Source: Macrostomum lignano
Taxonomy: Eukaryota
DNA length: 64,000 nucleotides
Assembly (NCBI GenBank): GCA_002269645.1
Contig: NIVC01000460.1
Coordinates: 248,001 to 312,000 of the forward strand
Direction: 5' to 3'
In this document: positions 12,695 through 25,112 of the stretch, one piece after another
How positions within the stretch are numbered: position 1 is the first letter of the stretch
How the letters are laid out: every line of letters begins with the position of its first letter
Translations under genes and position numbers: made by a program
The notes under the pieces: model-generated
What the model was told of the DNA's origin: nothing
What the model saw: only the letters and a program-made list of their open reading frames with translations
Databases searched by the model: none

Positions 12695-13599
12695 TCTTTA
12701 AGTGGACAAGTCTAAAGTAAAGGGCTCTAGAGCTGTAGATAAAAACGTAAATATTAAATGCACACTAATTCCTATCAGCAGTTTTGAGTGATACAGGCGT
12801 TAAAGAAGAAGCTAGCCCAACTGTAGTGTTAGTTAGCCGGAACACATTAAACAGGGAAAAGTATATTTTAATTTTATTCTTAATAAAAAAAATTAATTAC
12901 TTACTTGCAAATTAATTGATATAATTAGAAAACTACAGCCTTCTGTAGAGTTAAAAACATGGAGAACAGTTTATTTACAGTTTAATAAAAATCATTCGTT
13001 TTACCTTTTGTCGTCAGAAATAAATGATCCGAATAGATTATTTCACTGTTTCATCTTCAAGCGGGTTAAAAAATGTACAATTAGCGAATAACACGGCCAT
13101 GGCGAGCTGGTTGTTAAAAAAGTTTTTAGATCTTAATTTACGTAGTCTCTAATAATAAGCTAAGTTTGCTGTTGTTCTTACAGAATTCTAAAGAACATCA
13201 TGCAGGGAGAAAATGTGTTTAGAAAACCTATACTTTCACTGCATGATTTCATGGTGAGGCTTGATGCCCTCTGCCCAAGGTCTTTGCCCTTTCTCTGCGA
13301 TTGTCGGAGTAGCAGTACACATTGCATGGTCATGATCAGCTTGACGAATTCAGAGTCCAATTAAATGGCCGTTAATTCCCGATGCCTACTACGAGCTATT
13401 ACATGCCTGCAGAACTAATTCTGCAGTGCTTTTAGCTTTTAAGTAAGTCGTTCTATGACTTGGATTGAAAGAATTCAATCAATGAATTGAATGGATGCAT
13501 TCAAATTTAAAGTCCTTTACTAGCAATTAAAAAGCAGAGAAAAAGTGCCTTATTCGGTCATATTAACCTGCGGTGGCTCGTGCATATGGAAATTTATCT

Positions 13600-14345
13600 G
13601 GAACTTGTCGTGCGGGGGTGCGATTGTCACAAGGGCCCAGTCCACAAGTTCATGCACCTGATGATAAAGTCAAGCACGTCATGCAGCATGTGCCTCCCTG
13701 CGTACCCATCTATCCGTGTATTGCCTGAACTGCCTGCACTTTTCAGTGGCTGCCGTTCGACTGTCGCCTCAATTCGCGGCCTGTGAAGTCCAATGCAACC
13801 GAAATACAAAGTACAAAACAATTAAACTACATATCAAAATGACGTTTTACACTCAACTCAACAGGCGATGCAACACTTTTTTTCGTAACAGCCGATTGTT
13901 CATAAACGTCAGCCTCAAGTGCGACCGCGAGTGGTTGTTGAGCTCCCAGCTGCAGTTGGCGAGTCCAGCCTACAATATGTTGATCTGCGCCGACTTCAAG
14001 GACTCCGTCGCGGCGCAGCCTGTCGAACGTCAAATCCGCAGTACACGCCCCGTCGGGCTTTAGGTTTTACTAGCAGTACCGACTCTTTCGTAAATCTCGA
14101 CACTATGGTCTAGACGCTGGCCACCGAGGTGACAAATATTGCTGAGAGCCACTCGAATTTTGAGTGACAACGAATTTTACTACATCTGGGGCTCGAGGTG
14201 CAACCAGCTAACGAGGCATATTGGTTGACGAGACACAGTTCAGCGACCTGCTGAGAAGCTGCTGAGTCGGGTGAACAACGGCAGAGAAGTTCAACGCGAC
14301 CGCGACAGAGCTGATGATTGGAGTTGGCAGGAACTTTGTCAGCAC
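13600..14345 (+). pseudogene. Degraded, unidentified coding-like fragment
   Basis: There is a strong acceptor (TTTTTTTCGTAACAG, ending 13890) and runs of G/C-ending codons (RLFINVSLKCDREWLLSSQLQLASPAYNMLICADFKDS). Further coding-like pieces downstream are broken by stops and frameshifts. Confidence 0.3.
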
Positions 14346-14351
14346 CATGAT

Positions 14352-14640
14352 GTACATCCCAGTGGTCTAGCGGCGCTTTGATGTGTCAGCGGCCCAGGCT
14401 CGATTCCAAGCTGTGCAGTCAAATTAATTTAATTGGGAGCTAAATTGGAATCTCGGCTTGGCTCTGCTAGTGCAAGTAACGTCCTTGAGGGCCAACCCTC
14501 AAGGTACAGTGAGAAGTATAAATGACTAGCGATAAATACAGTTAGGGCCGCTGTGCACTTCTGTGTGAGTGTGTGCCTGTGCGTATGACTGCGTAATACT
14601 CAGTGGAGTCGGTGGAATGGGCAGTAATGCCGGTTGTGTA
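14352..14640 (+). mobile_element. tRNA-derived SINE, family 2 (copy 1)
   Basis: The degenerate head CCCAGTGGTCTAGCG...GGCTCGATTCC carries A/B boxes, and the body aligns end to end with the reverse complement of 15165-15464. Confidence 0.75.
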
Positions 14641-15164
14641 ACTTAACTGACGTAAGTTAACTTAAATTAGTTAACTTAACTTACGTCATTAACTGACGTA
14701 AATGACGACGTCATGGCACTATTGGCCTCATGATAGAATTGGAAGCCTCATTTCCATCGCCCCCCTCACCCTAGACCACTCCGTACAACAACTCGAAACG
14801 GATAGTCTGAACGGCACAACTCCCTACATGCTTTCATTTGCTATGACGATGATTTTTGACGATACAGGTTCTGCAACGATATAGGTCCCTCACTGCAGTT
14901 ATAAAACTGTCAGGCTCATGAAAAAAGACAGAAAATTAATAATTGGAGAATTGGAAAAACAATTTCGAAAACCAAAGCCTAAATGTTTTTTTTTTATTGT
15001 TGAGCATAGTTCGATTTTTTAAACAAACGAACTAACCATAATCATAATCATGTAATCACAATCGTATTAATCATATAATCATATAGCTACCGGTATTCAT
15101 AATCATATATATATATATATAGAGGCAGGAGGGTTGTGTGCACCCTGGCGCACTTTAAGCGACA

Positions 15165-15464
15165 TAGGCACACAACCGGCGAGAGGCATTACTGCCCATT
15201 CCGCCGACTCCCCTGAGCAGGCATACAAGCGCGCGGATACGTACGCAGGCACACACTCACACAGGAGTGTACAGCGGCCCTAACTTTATATTATCGTTAG
15301 GCATGTACACTTCACTGCGCCTTGGGGGGTTGGCTCTCAAGGCCGTTAATTGCACGAGCAGAGCCAAGCCGAGATTCCAATTCAGCCCCAAATTAATGTG
15401 ACTGCACTTGGAATCGAGCCTGGGTCGCTGGCACACCAGAGCCTGCGCTAGACCGCTGGGCTAC
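15165..15464 (-). mobile_element. tRNA-derived SINE, family 2 (copy 2, inverted relative to copy 1)
   Basis: The minus strand begins GTAGCCCAGCGGTCTAGCGC (A box) ... GGCTCGATTCC (B box). Related 3' fragments (GGAGTCAGCGGAAT motif) occur at about 15745-15810 (-), 30980-31080 (-) and 55010-55075 (+). Confidence 0.78.
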
Positions 15465-15477
15465 GGCCCCCTGGTAT

Positions 15478-15690
15478 TCATAATCATAATCATAACCATA
15501 ATCATAAAATCATAACCATAATCATAAAATCACAACCAATCATAATCAAAATCATAATCATATATTCATAATCATATTCATAGTGATGATCATATATTCA
15601 TAATTACAATCAGAAAAACAATCACAATCATATAGTCACAACCATAATCATAATCATATAATCATGATCATAATCACAATCATAATCAAT
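15478..15690. repeat. Degenerate (ATCATA)n tract
   Basis: Direct reading. Confidence 0.8.
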
Positions 15691-16439
15691 TAGAATCGAA
15701 TAGCAACGTAGCCTTCGGTGACATCATTCACGACCGCTGAGGCAATTGTGTACATTCCGCTGACTCCTAATCGTCAGGCATGTGCACTCTCTGTGCCACT
15801 ACATCTAGAATGGGGGAATCATGGACGGAATTGAACCAGAGATCCATATCGCAAGAGTCAGAGAGTCATGAAACACGAACAAAACCCCCAGATGATAAAC
15901 CTGCACAGAATTCGCGTGTTTGCAAAAGACAGAGACAATCAAAGCTAATTGCAACGTAGGAAAATTTGGGGGAAATCCAGATGTTAACTTGAAGGGCGCT
16001 CCACCTTGACCAAACCGGTCTATTTGGGCATTTGAGGATTTTTATTAATCAAAACCAAGTATAATTCGGCCCTCGCGATTCCGTATGAGAGCAAACATTG
16101 ATTACCATCCTGTGGCCTCCTGCCCTTAACAGTCGAGTGCCTGCTCAAAGAAGGGCCTTGGCGTCTCCTGGGCCGCGGGCCTGTTTCGATTATAGCAAAT
16201 CTCTCCGGCTGCAAATAATTTTGTAATCCGCGCGCCGCCTCTTGTTTGCAGTTATAAATAACATTATTGAGTTTTGCGAGTTGTTGCACTGGTAGTCAGC
16301 TTTAAATTGATTTGCTGGGCCTTAATACAAGCACCCGGCATACCTGACCTTGCGTGGGTTTTGAGCTTCCATTCCATTTTCGCGAATCGCAAGCAAAAAC
16401 TCAGGGACCATTCAGGGATCACTCAGAATACTCTGGGAC

Positions 16440-17465
16440 CCTTCTACATGCACCAGAACCTTTCTAGATAGAGCAGAGCCCTTTTAGATACACCAGAACC
16501 CTTCTAGATACACTAGGACCCTTCTAGATACACCAGGACCCTTATGGATACACCAGAACCCTTCTACATACACCAGAACCCTTCTACATACACCAGAATC
16601 CTTCTACATACACCAGGACCCTTCTAGATACACCAGAATCCTTCTACATACACCAGGACCTTCTATAATAGATACACCAGAACCCTTCTAGATACACTAG
16701 GACCCTTCTAGATACACCAGGACCCTTATGGATACACCAGAACCCTTCTACATACACCAGAATCCTTCTACATACACCAGGACCCTTCTAGATACACCAG
16801 AATCCTTCTACATACACCAGGACCTTCTATAATAGATACACCAGAACCCTTCTAGATACACTAGGACCCTTCTAGATACACCAGGACCCTTATGGATACA
16901 CCAGAACCCTTCTACATACACCAGAATCCTTCTACATACACCAGGACCCTTCTAGATACACCAGAACCCTTCTACATACACCAGGACCTTCTATAATAGA
17001 TACACCAGAATCCTTCTACATACACCAGGACCCTTCTACATACACCAGAACCCTTCTACATACACCAGGACCTTTCTAAATACACCAGAACCCTTCTACA
17101 TACACCAGGACCTTTCTAAATACACCAGAACCCTTCTACATACACCAGAATCCTTCTACATACACCAGGACCCTTCTAGATACACCAGAATCCTTCTACA
17201 TACACCAGGACCCTTCTAGATACACCAGAACCCTTCTACATACACCAGGACCTTCTATAATAGATACACCAGAATCCTTCTACATACACCAGGACCCTTC
17301 TACATACACCAGAACCCTTCTACATACACCAGGACCTTTCTAAATACACCAGAACCCTTCTACATACACCAGGACCTTTATAAATACACCAGAACCCTTC
17401 TACATACACCAGGACCCCTCTAGATACACTGGGACCCCTCTAGAGTCACTGGGACTCTTCTAGAC
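16440..17465. repeat. Minisatellite, about 20-bp unit ACACCAG(A/G)ACCCTTCTA(C/G)AT with higher-order variant blocks
   Basis: Direct reading. Confidence 0.92.
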
Positions 17466-17967
17466 ACACTAGTCATTGAACGCCATTTATCGCAATTAAT
17501 TAGATTCATATTAATAATTGATTTTTTAGTTGTGAAATATACAGCTGGATTTATTTGACGTTATGTTTGATTCAATTTTAGACGAAACAAGCAATCTAGC
17601 AAAGATCCTTTTGTGGGCACAGAAGACTCACGACATTCTTACGTCACGCAATAATTAACAGCGCTGAGAAAGTGTCAGCTAGCTGAAGCAGAAGGCCGAT
17701 GCACGTGAAAATTTAGATTTCTGCTTTTTTAGCATTCAATTTACAATATCATGTGTGTTCGGTCCGAGGTCCACTCACAAGTTTATCTGGACATTAGCAA
17801 AAAGGATTTTTCAATTTCGGAAAGCCCATGGACAAAAAATTAACCTGCCAGCAATATGTCTATGGCCTTCACATTGTACATCGAACTGAGTGACTGATCG
17901 GCGAGTGCATGAGCACTGGAATTCCGACATCGAACCGCTTCGAGAACATCCAAGTGGTTCATCAGCT

Positions 17968-18927
17968 ACACTCATTTTAGCGTCGCAGACACTCATTTTA
18001 GCGCCGCAGGCACTCATTTTAGGGCCGCAGACACTCATTTTAGCGCCGCAGGCACTCATTTTAGGGCCGCAGACACTCATTTTAGCGCCGCAGGCACTTG
18101 TTTTAGCGCCGCAGGCATTCATTTTAGCGCCGCAGGCACTCATTTTAGGGCCGCAGACACTCATTTTAGCGCCGCAGGCACTCATTTTAGCGCCGTAGGC
18201 ACTCATTTTAGCGCCGCAGGCACTCATTTTAGCGCCGCAGGCACTCATTTTAGGGCCGCAGGCACTCATTTTAGCGCCGCAGGCACTCATTTTAGCGCCG
18301 CAGACACTCATTTTAGGGCCGCAGGCACTCATTTTAGCGCCGCAGGCACTCATTTTAGCGCCGCAGGCACTCATTTTAGCGCCGCAGACACTCATTTTAG
18401 GGCCGCAGGCACTCATTTTAGGGCCGCAGACACTCATTTTAGCGCCGCAGGCATTCATTTTAGCGCCGCAGGCACTCATTTTAGGGCCGCAGACACTCAT
18501 TTTAGCGCCGCAGGCACTCATTTTAGCGCCGCAGGCACTCATTTTAGCGCTGCAGGCATTCATTTTAGCGCCGCAGGCATTCATTTTAGCGCCGCAGGCA
18601 CTCATTTTAGGGCCGCAGACACTCATTTTAGCGCCGCAGGCACTCATTTTAGCGCCGCAGGCACTCCTTTTAGGGCCGCAGACACTCATTTTAGCGCCGC
18701 AGGCACTCATTTTAGCGCCGCAGGCATTCATTTTAGCGCCGCAGGCATTCATTTTAGCGCCGCAGGCACTCATTTTAGCGCCCCAGGCACTCATTTTAGC
18801 ACCGCAGGCGCTTTATTTTGTCACCCTAAAGCAAAACTATTAATTTCATAACGGATCACTAGGTGGATGGGGGGCAAAGCATTGGCATGTCTCCCCTGCC
18901 CCCCCCCCCCCGATGGCGACGCCCCTG
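17968..18927 (-). mobile_element. Non-autonomous hAT-like MITE carrying an internal 21-bp minisatellite (CCTGCGGCGCTAAAATGAGTG); copy 1
   Basis: The minus strand starts CAGGGGCGTCGCCATCGGGG...CATGCCAATGCTTTG and runs into the array at 18808-17968. It is homologous to 33697-35108, which ends in the matching CATGGCGACGCCCC. Confidence 0.65.
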
Positions 18928-19469
18928 TGTTTAGCTTTTTACATGCCTCTTTATTCAGCTTCCTTGTTGCCATGCAGCTAATCCCTTACAGATCTGGCTC
19001 ACCCCCCTAGAGCTGATGTCATCTGATCACGGGGGGGGGGGCAGCTACGAGTGAGTCTTGCTCAGAATTGTAATTATTATTTGTCAACCGAGAAAGTGAA
19101 TGGAATGAGAACAAAGCAATGCTTGAAAAAAGAAGATGATCGGCTTGGTTCACAAAGATGTAATTAGAGAAGTCCAGTGTCTGCATTACTCAATACGCTT
19201 TCACAGTTGGGAAGGATTAACATGCTCTTTGCGAATGGCTAACGAAATGAACGGAAGGGCAAGTCTTGTGCGCAAACAAAAGCTGACATTTCCGCTATCT
19301 GGCATCAACTTCATTGTTGCAGCACCCACACGGTACAGCGCCTTTATAGACACAGTGCATTGTTCAAACATTCAATTACCTGAGCGTCTCGTCCTGCTGC
19401 TTCAATATCACTCTCACGCCAAACAAGACCGGCCTGGGTTCTATTCCGCTAGCGGTCAAGTAAAAATTC

Positions 19470-20010
19470 TGAGATGGGTGAGATTCAGGCAAAAGAGAAG
19501 GAGATGGGTAAGAGTCACACAGAAGTTTAAGATGGAGATGGGTGAGAGAGAGTCACACATGAGTCTAGAGGGAGATGGGTGAGAGTCACACAGGAGTGGA
19601 GAAGGAGATGGGTGAGAGTCACACAGGAGTGGAGAGGGAGATGGGTGAGAGTCACACAGGAGTGGAGAAGGAGATGGGTGAGAGTCACACAGGATTCGAG
19701 AAGGAGATGGGTGAGAGTCACACAGGAGTCGAGAAGGAGATGGGTGAGAGTCACACAGGAGTGGAGAAGGAGATGGGTGAGAGTCACACAGGAGTGGAGA
19801 GGGAGATGGGTGAGAGTCACACAGGAGTGGAGTGGGAGATGGGTGAGAGTCACACAGGAGTGGAGAAGGAGATGGGTGAGAGTCACACAGGAGTGGAGAG
19901 GGAGATGGATGAGAGTCATACAGGAGTCGAGAAGGAGATGGGTGAGAGTCACACAGGAGTCGAGAAGGAGATGGGTGAGAGTCACACAGGAGTCGAGAAG
20001 GAGATGGTGA
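19470..20010. repeat. Minisatellite, 33-bp unit ATGGGTGAGAGTCACACAGGAGTGGAGAAGGAG
   Basis: Direct reading; source of the spurious ORFs between 19527 and 20060. Confidence 0.92.
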
Positions 20011-20918
20011 GATTCCATGTCAACAACGTTTAAAAAAGGAAGATTAAAACAAAGATTCAAGCTGCGCTCATAGTGTTGCTTTCATTTGAAACACATCATT
20101 TCAGCGATTGTCCTGGCACATTGTCCTTCCAATGCGCTCAAGCTACAGTCTATTAGTAGCTCACATTTCGACATTCTGCCCTGATGAGGCCGCCCAACTG
20201 ACCGTGTCTGTCCTTCTTTCTGTTTTGGGAGCGACTTAACAAATGAATATTGAATAATAGGTCTGCTGAACTCACCCGTGGATGCAGTCGGGCGCAGTGA
20301 CATGCATCACTTGAGCGGCAGGGGGAAACGAGATGGGTTTGAAATTTTTTACTTGAATCTCGGATCTCTCACCTTTAGAGAAACTTCAGAGACTTATGGT
20401 TGATATGGCAGCCTGGCACGCCTTCTGCGCCTTCAGCTTCCTTCCTATTAACATGCATTCCGATTATTAAAGTTCAGCCGACTGCAGTTGTCAATCATAT
20501 ATTAACTTGGCTTTACTTTTTTAAAATTTTGACTTACACAAATTTTCATTGTCGTTTCCAGTTGGACGATTGTCCATAGTTCAGAAGGATCTCGTCGCCG
20601 ACACTTTCTATATTGGTAGTTTTATTAATAAGACAAATTAAACAAACAACAACCAGATGAGTGTGCGATTCAAGTTGCCGGTAGTTTTATGTTAGAATTT
20701 TGTTTATTTAACTCTGCTTGGTTGTTACAATACCAGCTTATTGTCAGCTACAGTGTTCGGCAGTGAAGCTGCCCGCTCAGGACACCAGATGGAGCTGTGG
20801 GAGAGAAGGGATCTATCGCGCACTTTGAGGATTACACTAAGCACGGGAGTGGAGGCGTCATCCTGGGGTTGCAGTGCCAACAATGGCGCCCGAGTCACAT
20901 AGCTCAGTCCTGGACACT

Positions 20919-21185
20919 TCATCGCCGACCGAACTCATACCACTTCTTGCTGAGCTGCCGACTGTGACGACCTCCGCCGCGATGATGCTGCCGATGCTGC
21001 TTCTGCTGCTCAAAGGCCAGAAATTCGAGGGCGTCCTCGCCGTATCGTTCGACAAACGCGCGAACAAATGTAGCGTCTTCGGCTTGCTCGGCCAAGTTGC
21101 CGATCGACCTGGCGTCGGCGTTGAAGTCCGCGACGGACAGCAGCACGGCGGCTGCCAGCAGGATCAGGGCGGTCAGGCGCTGCAT
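20919..21185 (-). CDS. Secreted neuropeptide precursor (88 aa) predicted to yield WYEF-amide
   Basis: The ATG is followed by a hydrophobic signal peptide (MQRLTALILLAAAVLLSVA). The C-terminus SKK-WYEF-G-RR-stop has a dibasic site, an amidation Gly and a dibasic site. Codons are G/C-ending, and there is a spliced 5' UTR (intron 21362-21212) and a CCAAT+TATA promoter. Confidence 0.78.
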   Translation of the reverse strand: MQRLTALILLAAAVLLSVADFNADARSIGNLAEQAEDATFVRAFVERYGEDALEFLAFEQQKQHRQHHRGGGRHSRQLSKKWYEFGRR

Positions 21186-21481
21186 GACGGCTTGCTTGGG
21201 TAGGATGGAGGCTGCAGAACTCCGCGATGAAGAGAAACCCGGGGAAGGGGGGGTGGTGACGGTTAGAGGCGAATTTATGAGTGTGCTGACGAGTGTAATA
21301 TCAATGCCTATTAATCAAGTAGCCTAATGCACTATTCCAACCCAATCTGAGCAGTTACTCACCGGTCTAAAGGAGTCAGTGGAATGAGCTGATTCAAGCT
21401 TAATTAAAGTCTATTTTTATTTGTTTTACTTGTCTCGTCCGGACGCTTCAACACTGCCAGAACCAGCGCGGCACTGGAGCC

Positions 21482-21505
21482 TTTTTATATAGCATTCCGC
21501 ATTGG
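21482..21505 (-). promoter_or_regulatory. CCAAT box plus TATA box of the neuropeptide gene
   Basis: The minus strand reads GCCAATGCGGAATGCTATATAAAAAG (CCAAT 21505-21501, TATATAAAAA 21491-21482). A CAGT initiator-like site lies about 30 nt downstream and a GTGAGT donor at 21362. Confidence 0.6.
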
Positions 21506-22369
21506 CTTAAGGGACCTTTCAAATCGGCTCCTAATTCGAACCCCAGGGGGAGCTCGAGAAGCTGTCTTCTTTTTGGGAAGAATTAAAAATCTGCAAAATC
21601 TGTCCGGGTCCGAGAAACTGGGACAGTCGGTCAAGACAGACGCAGTCAGAATTCAAATGATTACAAATTGTGCCACTAATAATTCTAACATGAAAATTCA
21701 ATTTAACAACTTGAAACATGGATTTGTGTTTTTAGCTGCTGGAAAACCCTCGGGGCTAACCAAAATAAGCAGAAACCGACAAAAAACACCTACCTCTGCT
21801 TCCAATTAGGACTAAAAGATGTGCAGACAATTCAATTCCTGGGCGTTGTTGGCAAAGCAACTGGCGCGCACACCTGGCGGTGGGCGTTGGTTAATATACG
21901 ACTTCAGGGTAAGGGCGGGGCTACCACGCCATTGGTGCGAGGGAGACCAATGAGCAGTAATCGATATGAATCCCGCATCATCTCTGACACCGATTGATGT
22001 TTGAGAAGCCGCTGCTAGCTGGGACGGAATCGATGTCAGTATTATGGTTTTTACTCTGCGAAACACCAACAACAGGTGTGATCGATATTTATACGATTTT
22101 ATCTGGTTAAGATGCTGCGTAGAAAGCAGACAAGCAGGAAAAATATGGTAACAATGCTCTTTGTCGACTTTTTATAGCTATTTCAGCTTGAGCAAATATT
22201 GCTGCAAGAGACAAGTGGGCACTGAGACATCAAATTTGGGATAATTTTATAGTATAAAAACCGAGAGTGCAAGTGAATGTACTTTTGGACAGGGAGCTTG
22301 GTGAGTAGTAACGTGTAAGTGCAAGGCGGCAGGGAGGGCAGGACAAGCAGGTGGCTTGAGTGAGACTCA

Positions 22370-23090
22370 GATGGGAGAGGGAGATGGGTGAGATTAAGAC
22401 AGGAGAAAGAGATGGGTGAGATTCAGACAGGAAAGGAGATGGGTGAGATTCAGACAGGAGAAGGAGATGGATGAGATTCAGACAGGAGAAGGAGATGGGT
22501 GAGATTCACACAGGAGAAGGAGATGGGTAAGATTCAGACAGGAGAAAGAGATATGGTGAGATTCAGACAGGAGAAGGAGATGGGGTGAGATTCAGACAGG
22601 AGAAGAAGATGGGTGAGATTCAGACAGGAGAAGGAGATGGGGTGAGATTCAGACAGGTGAAGGAGATGGGTGAGATTCACACCAGAGAAGGAGATGGGTG
22701 AGATTCAGACAAGAGAAGGAGATGGCTGAGATTCAGACAGGGGAATGAGATGGGTGAGATTCAGACAAGAGAAGGAGATGGGTGAGATTCAGACAAGAGA
22801 AGGAGATGGGTGAGATTCAGACAAGAGAAGGAGATGGGGTGAGATTCAGACAGGAGAAAGAGACGGGTGAGAGTCAGGCAGGAGATGGAGACGGGAGAGA
22901 GTCAGGCAGGAGATGGAGACGGGTGAGAGTCAGGCAGGAGATGGAGACGGGCGAGAGTCAGGCAGGAGATGGAGACGTGCGAGAGTCAGGCAGGAGATGG
23001 AGACGGGTGAGAGTCAGGCAGGAGATGGAGACGGGTGAGAGTCAGGCAGGAGATGGAGACGGGTGAGAGTCAGGCAGGAGATGGAGACGG
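22370..23090. repeat. Minisatellite, about 27-bp units GAGATGGGTGAGATTCAGACAGGAGAAG grading into GAGACGGGTGAGAGTCAGGCAGGAGATG
   Basis: Direct reading; the core is related to the 33-bp array at 19470-20010. Confidence 0.9.
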
Positions 23091-23282
23091 GGCAGAATCA
23101 GAAACCAGTAACAAATTGAATATCTTGACTTAAAACTCTTCACTCGGTGAGTCAGTTGAAAGTTTTCTTTTTTGGATGCGAAAGAGAAAATATTTTGTAT
23201 ATACTACTGTTCTGTATATACTATCAGATACTAAAGTAGTATCTGATGCTTAAAAAGTGAAGCCACTACCAATAAATGATGT

Positions 23283-24095
23283 AGAGTGCCAGTAGATGAC
23301 GGAGAGTGCCAGTAGATGACGGAGAGTACCAGTAGATGACGGAGAGTGCCAGTAGATGACGGAGAGTGCCAGTAGATGACGGAGAGTGCCAGTAGATGAA
23401 AGGGAATGTCATTAGAGGACGGAGATTGTCAGTAGATTTCAGCGAGTGCCACTAGATGGCAGCCAGTGCCAGTAGATGACGGAGAGTGCCAGTAGATGGC
23501 GGAGAGTGCCATTAGATGACAGCGAGTACCAGTAGATGACGGAGAGTGCCCAGTAGATGGCGGAGAGTGCCAGTAGATGACAGCGAGTGCCATTAGATGA
23601 CGGAGAGTGCCCAGTAGATGGCGGAGAGTGCCAGTAGATGACAGCGAGTGCCATTAGATGACAGCGAATACCAGTAGATGGCGCAGAGTGCCAGTAGATG
23701 ACAGCGAGTGCCAGTACAGGAAGGGGAATGTCATTAGATGAAAGGGAATGTCATTAGATGAAAGGGAATGTCATTAGAATATGGAGATTTTCAGTAAATT
23801 TCAGCAAGTGCCAGTAGATGGCGAGTGCCAGTAGATGGTAGCCAGTGCCAGTAGATGGTAGCCAGTGCCAGTAGATGGTAGCCAGTGCCAGTAGATGGTA
23901 GCCAGTGCCAGTAGATGGTAGCCAGTGCCAGTAGATGGTAGCCAGTGCCAGTAGATGGTAGCCAGTGCCAGTAGATGGTAGCCAGTGCCAGTAGATGGTA
24001 GCCAGTGCCAGTAGATGGTAGCCAGTGCCAGTAGATGGTAGCCAGTGCCAGTAGATGGTAGCCAGTTCCAGTAGATGGCAGCGGCTGCCAGTAGA
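23283..24095. repeat. Minisatellite, 20-bp units GAGAGTGCCAGTAGATGACG and GCCAGTGCCAGTAGATGGTA
   Basis: Direct reading. Confidence 0.9.
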
Positions 24096-25112
24096 TGACG
24101 GGAGTATAACTGGGTTCTATCAGAGTCCAAGCCAGTTTAACTAAGCCACAGGAAGCTGGCAAACCACCCCCTACTTTCCCATTCCATTCTCATCTTGCTT
24201 GCAACGATCGGGTCGCATGGCAATAAAACCCGGCCTCAATATGATGAAGCCAAGCGTTCCCGATGATGCTTGCTAAACAATAAAATCGCCCCCGGGTCGG
24301 GCGCACAATGCTCCGTGGGCAATGCCTTTATTGCCGCTGCTCTACAACCAACAAAAAATATTTCCAACAGCAGTGAATTCAGCCTCTCTAAGAGCTGCTG
24401 CAGGTTCAGCAAAGATTCCTCAAGAGCCTGGAGTAGCCGGTGAGAGAGGCTGGAGAGCGCAGACTGAAGATGAGGGCCGTAAGTCAACCCCCCAGCCATC
24501 CCTTGATGATGATGATGGGGGCAAACCAGCCATACCAGACTCTCCTCTCCATTCTATTTCAGCTGCACTCACTGTCTGAAGCGCGGTCGGTCAGTTCCTC
24601 AATAATTGATCCAGTCAGGGATGCGAGCAGGGATGAGGATCCACGGTGACTGACTGCCCCAGCCTTGGCTAGGGCAAGTGCTGAATATTCGCGCGCAGTG
24701 GGAAGTTGAAAAGCTGAAAGAAGTTGAGAAATTCTCTGAAAGGAAAAACGCTTTTAAAACTACAATTCAGTGCGGCTGGAGTCTGCATGGCAGGCGCTCC
24801 CCACAGTCAGTGGCGGGGTTTCATTGTTGCCGTTTGGTCCAGTCCCTTCCCCATTTCCTCTCGCGATAGTTTTTTCTCCCTATTTTCCCCCATCGCTAAA
24901 CCTGGGGGGTTGGACCGATTGGTTAAAAAGGGAGAGAGGGAGAGAGCTCTGCTGAGGCGAGATTTTCTTCCCAGTTCTCTCTCTTTCTCTCTCTCTCACC
25001 AAAAACCGGCTGCTATCATCGCCTCCAGTAGAATCGCCAATTTCTCATTTTTCTGGCAACTGAGGCTAAAAATTCCGAGAACAGATCTTTTAAAAGGCAT
25101 TGAAAAAGAAAC

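Noticed and set aside
17811-18794. 327-aa ORF of MSACGAK repeats
   Set aside because: Translation of a 21-bp MITE-internal minisatellite; no domain or gene structure.
23223-23247. 10-bp stem hairpin ATCAGATACT-AAAGT-AGTATCTGAT
   Set aside because: Too short for a pre-miRNA and not tied to any element terminus.
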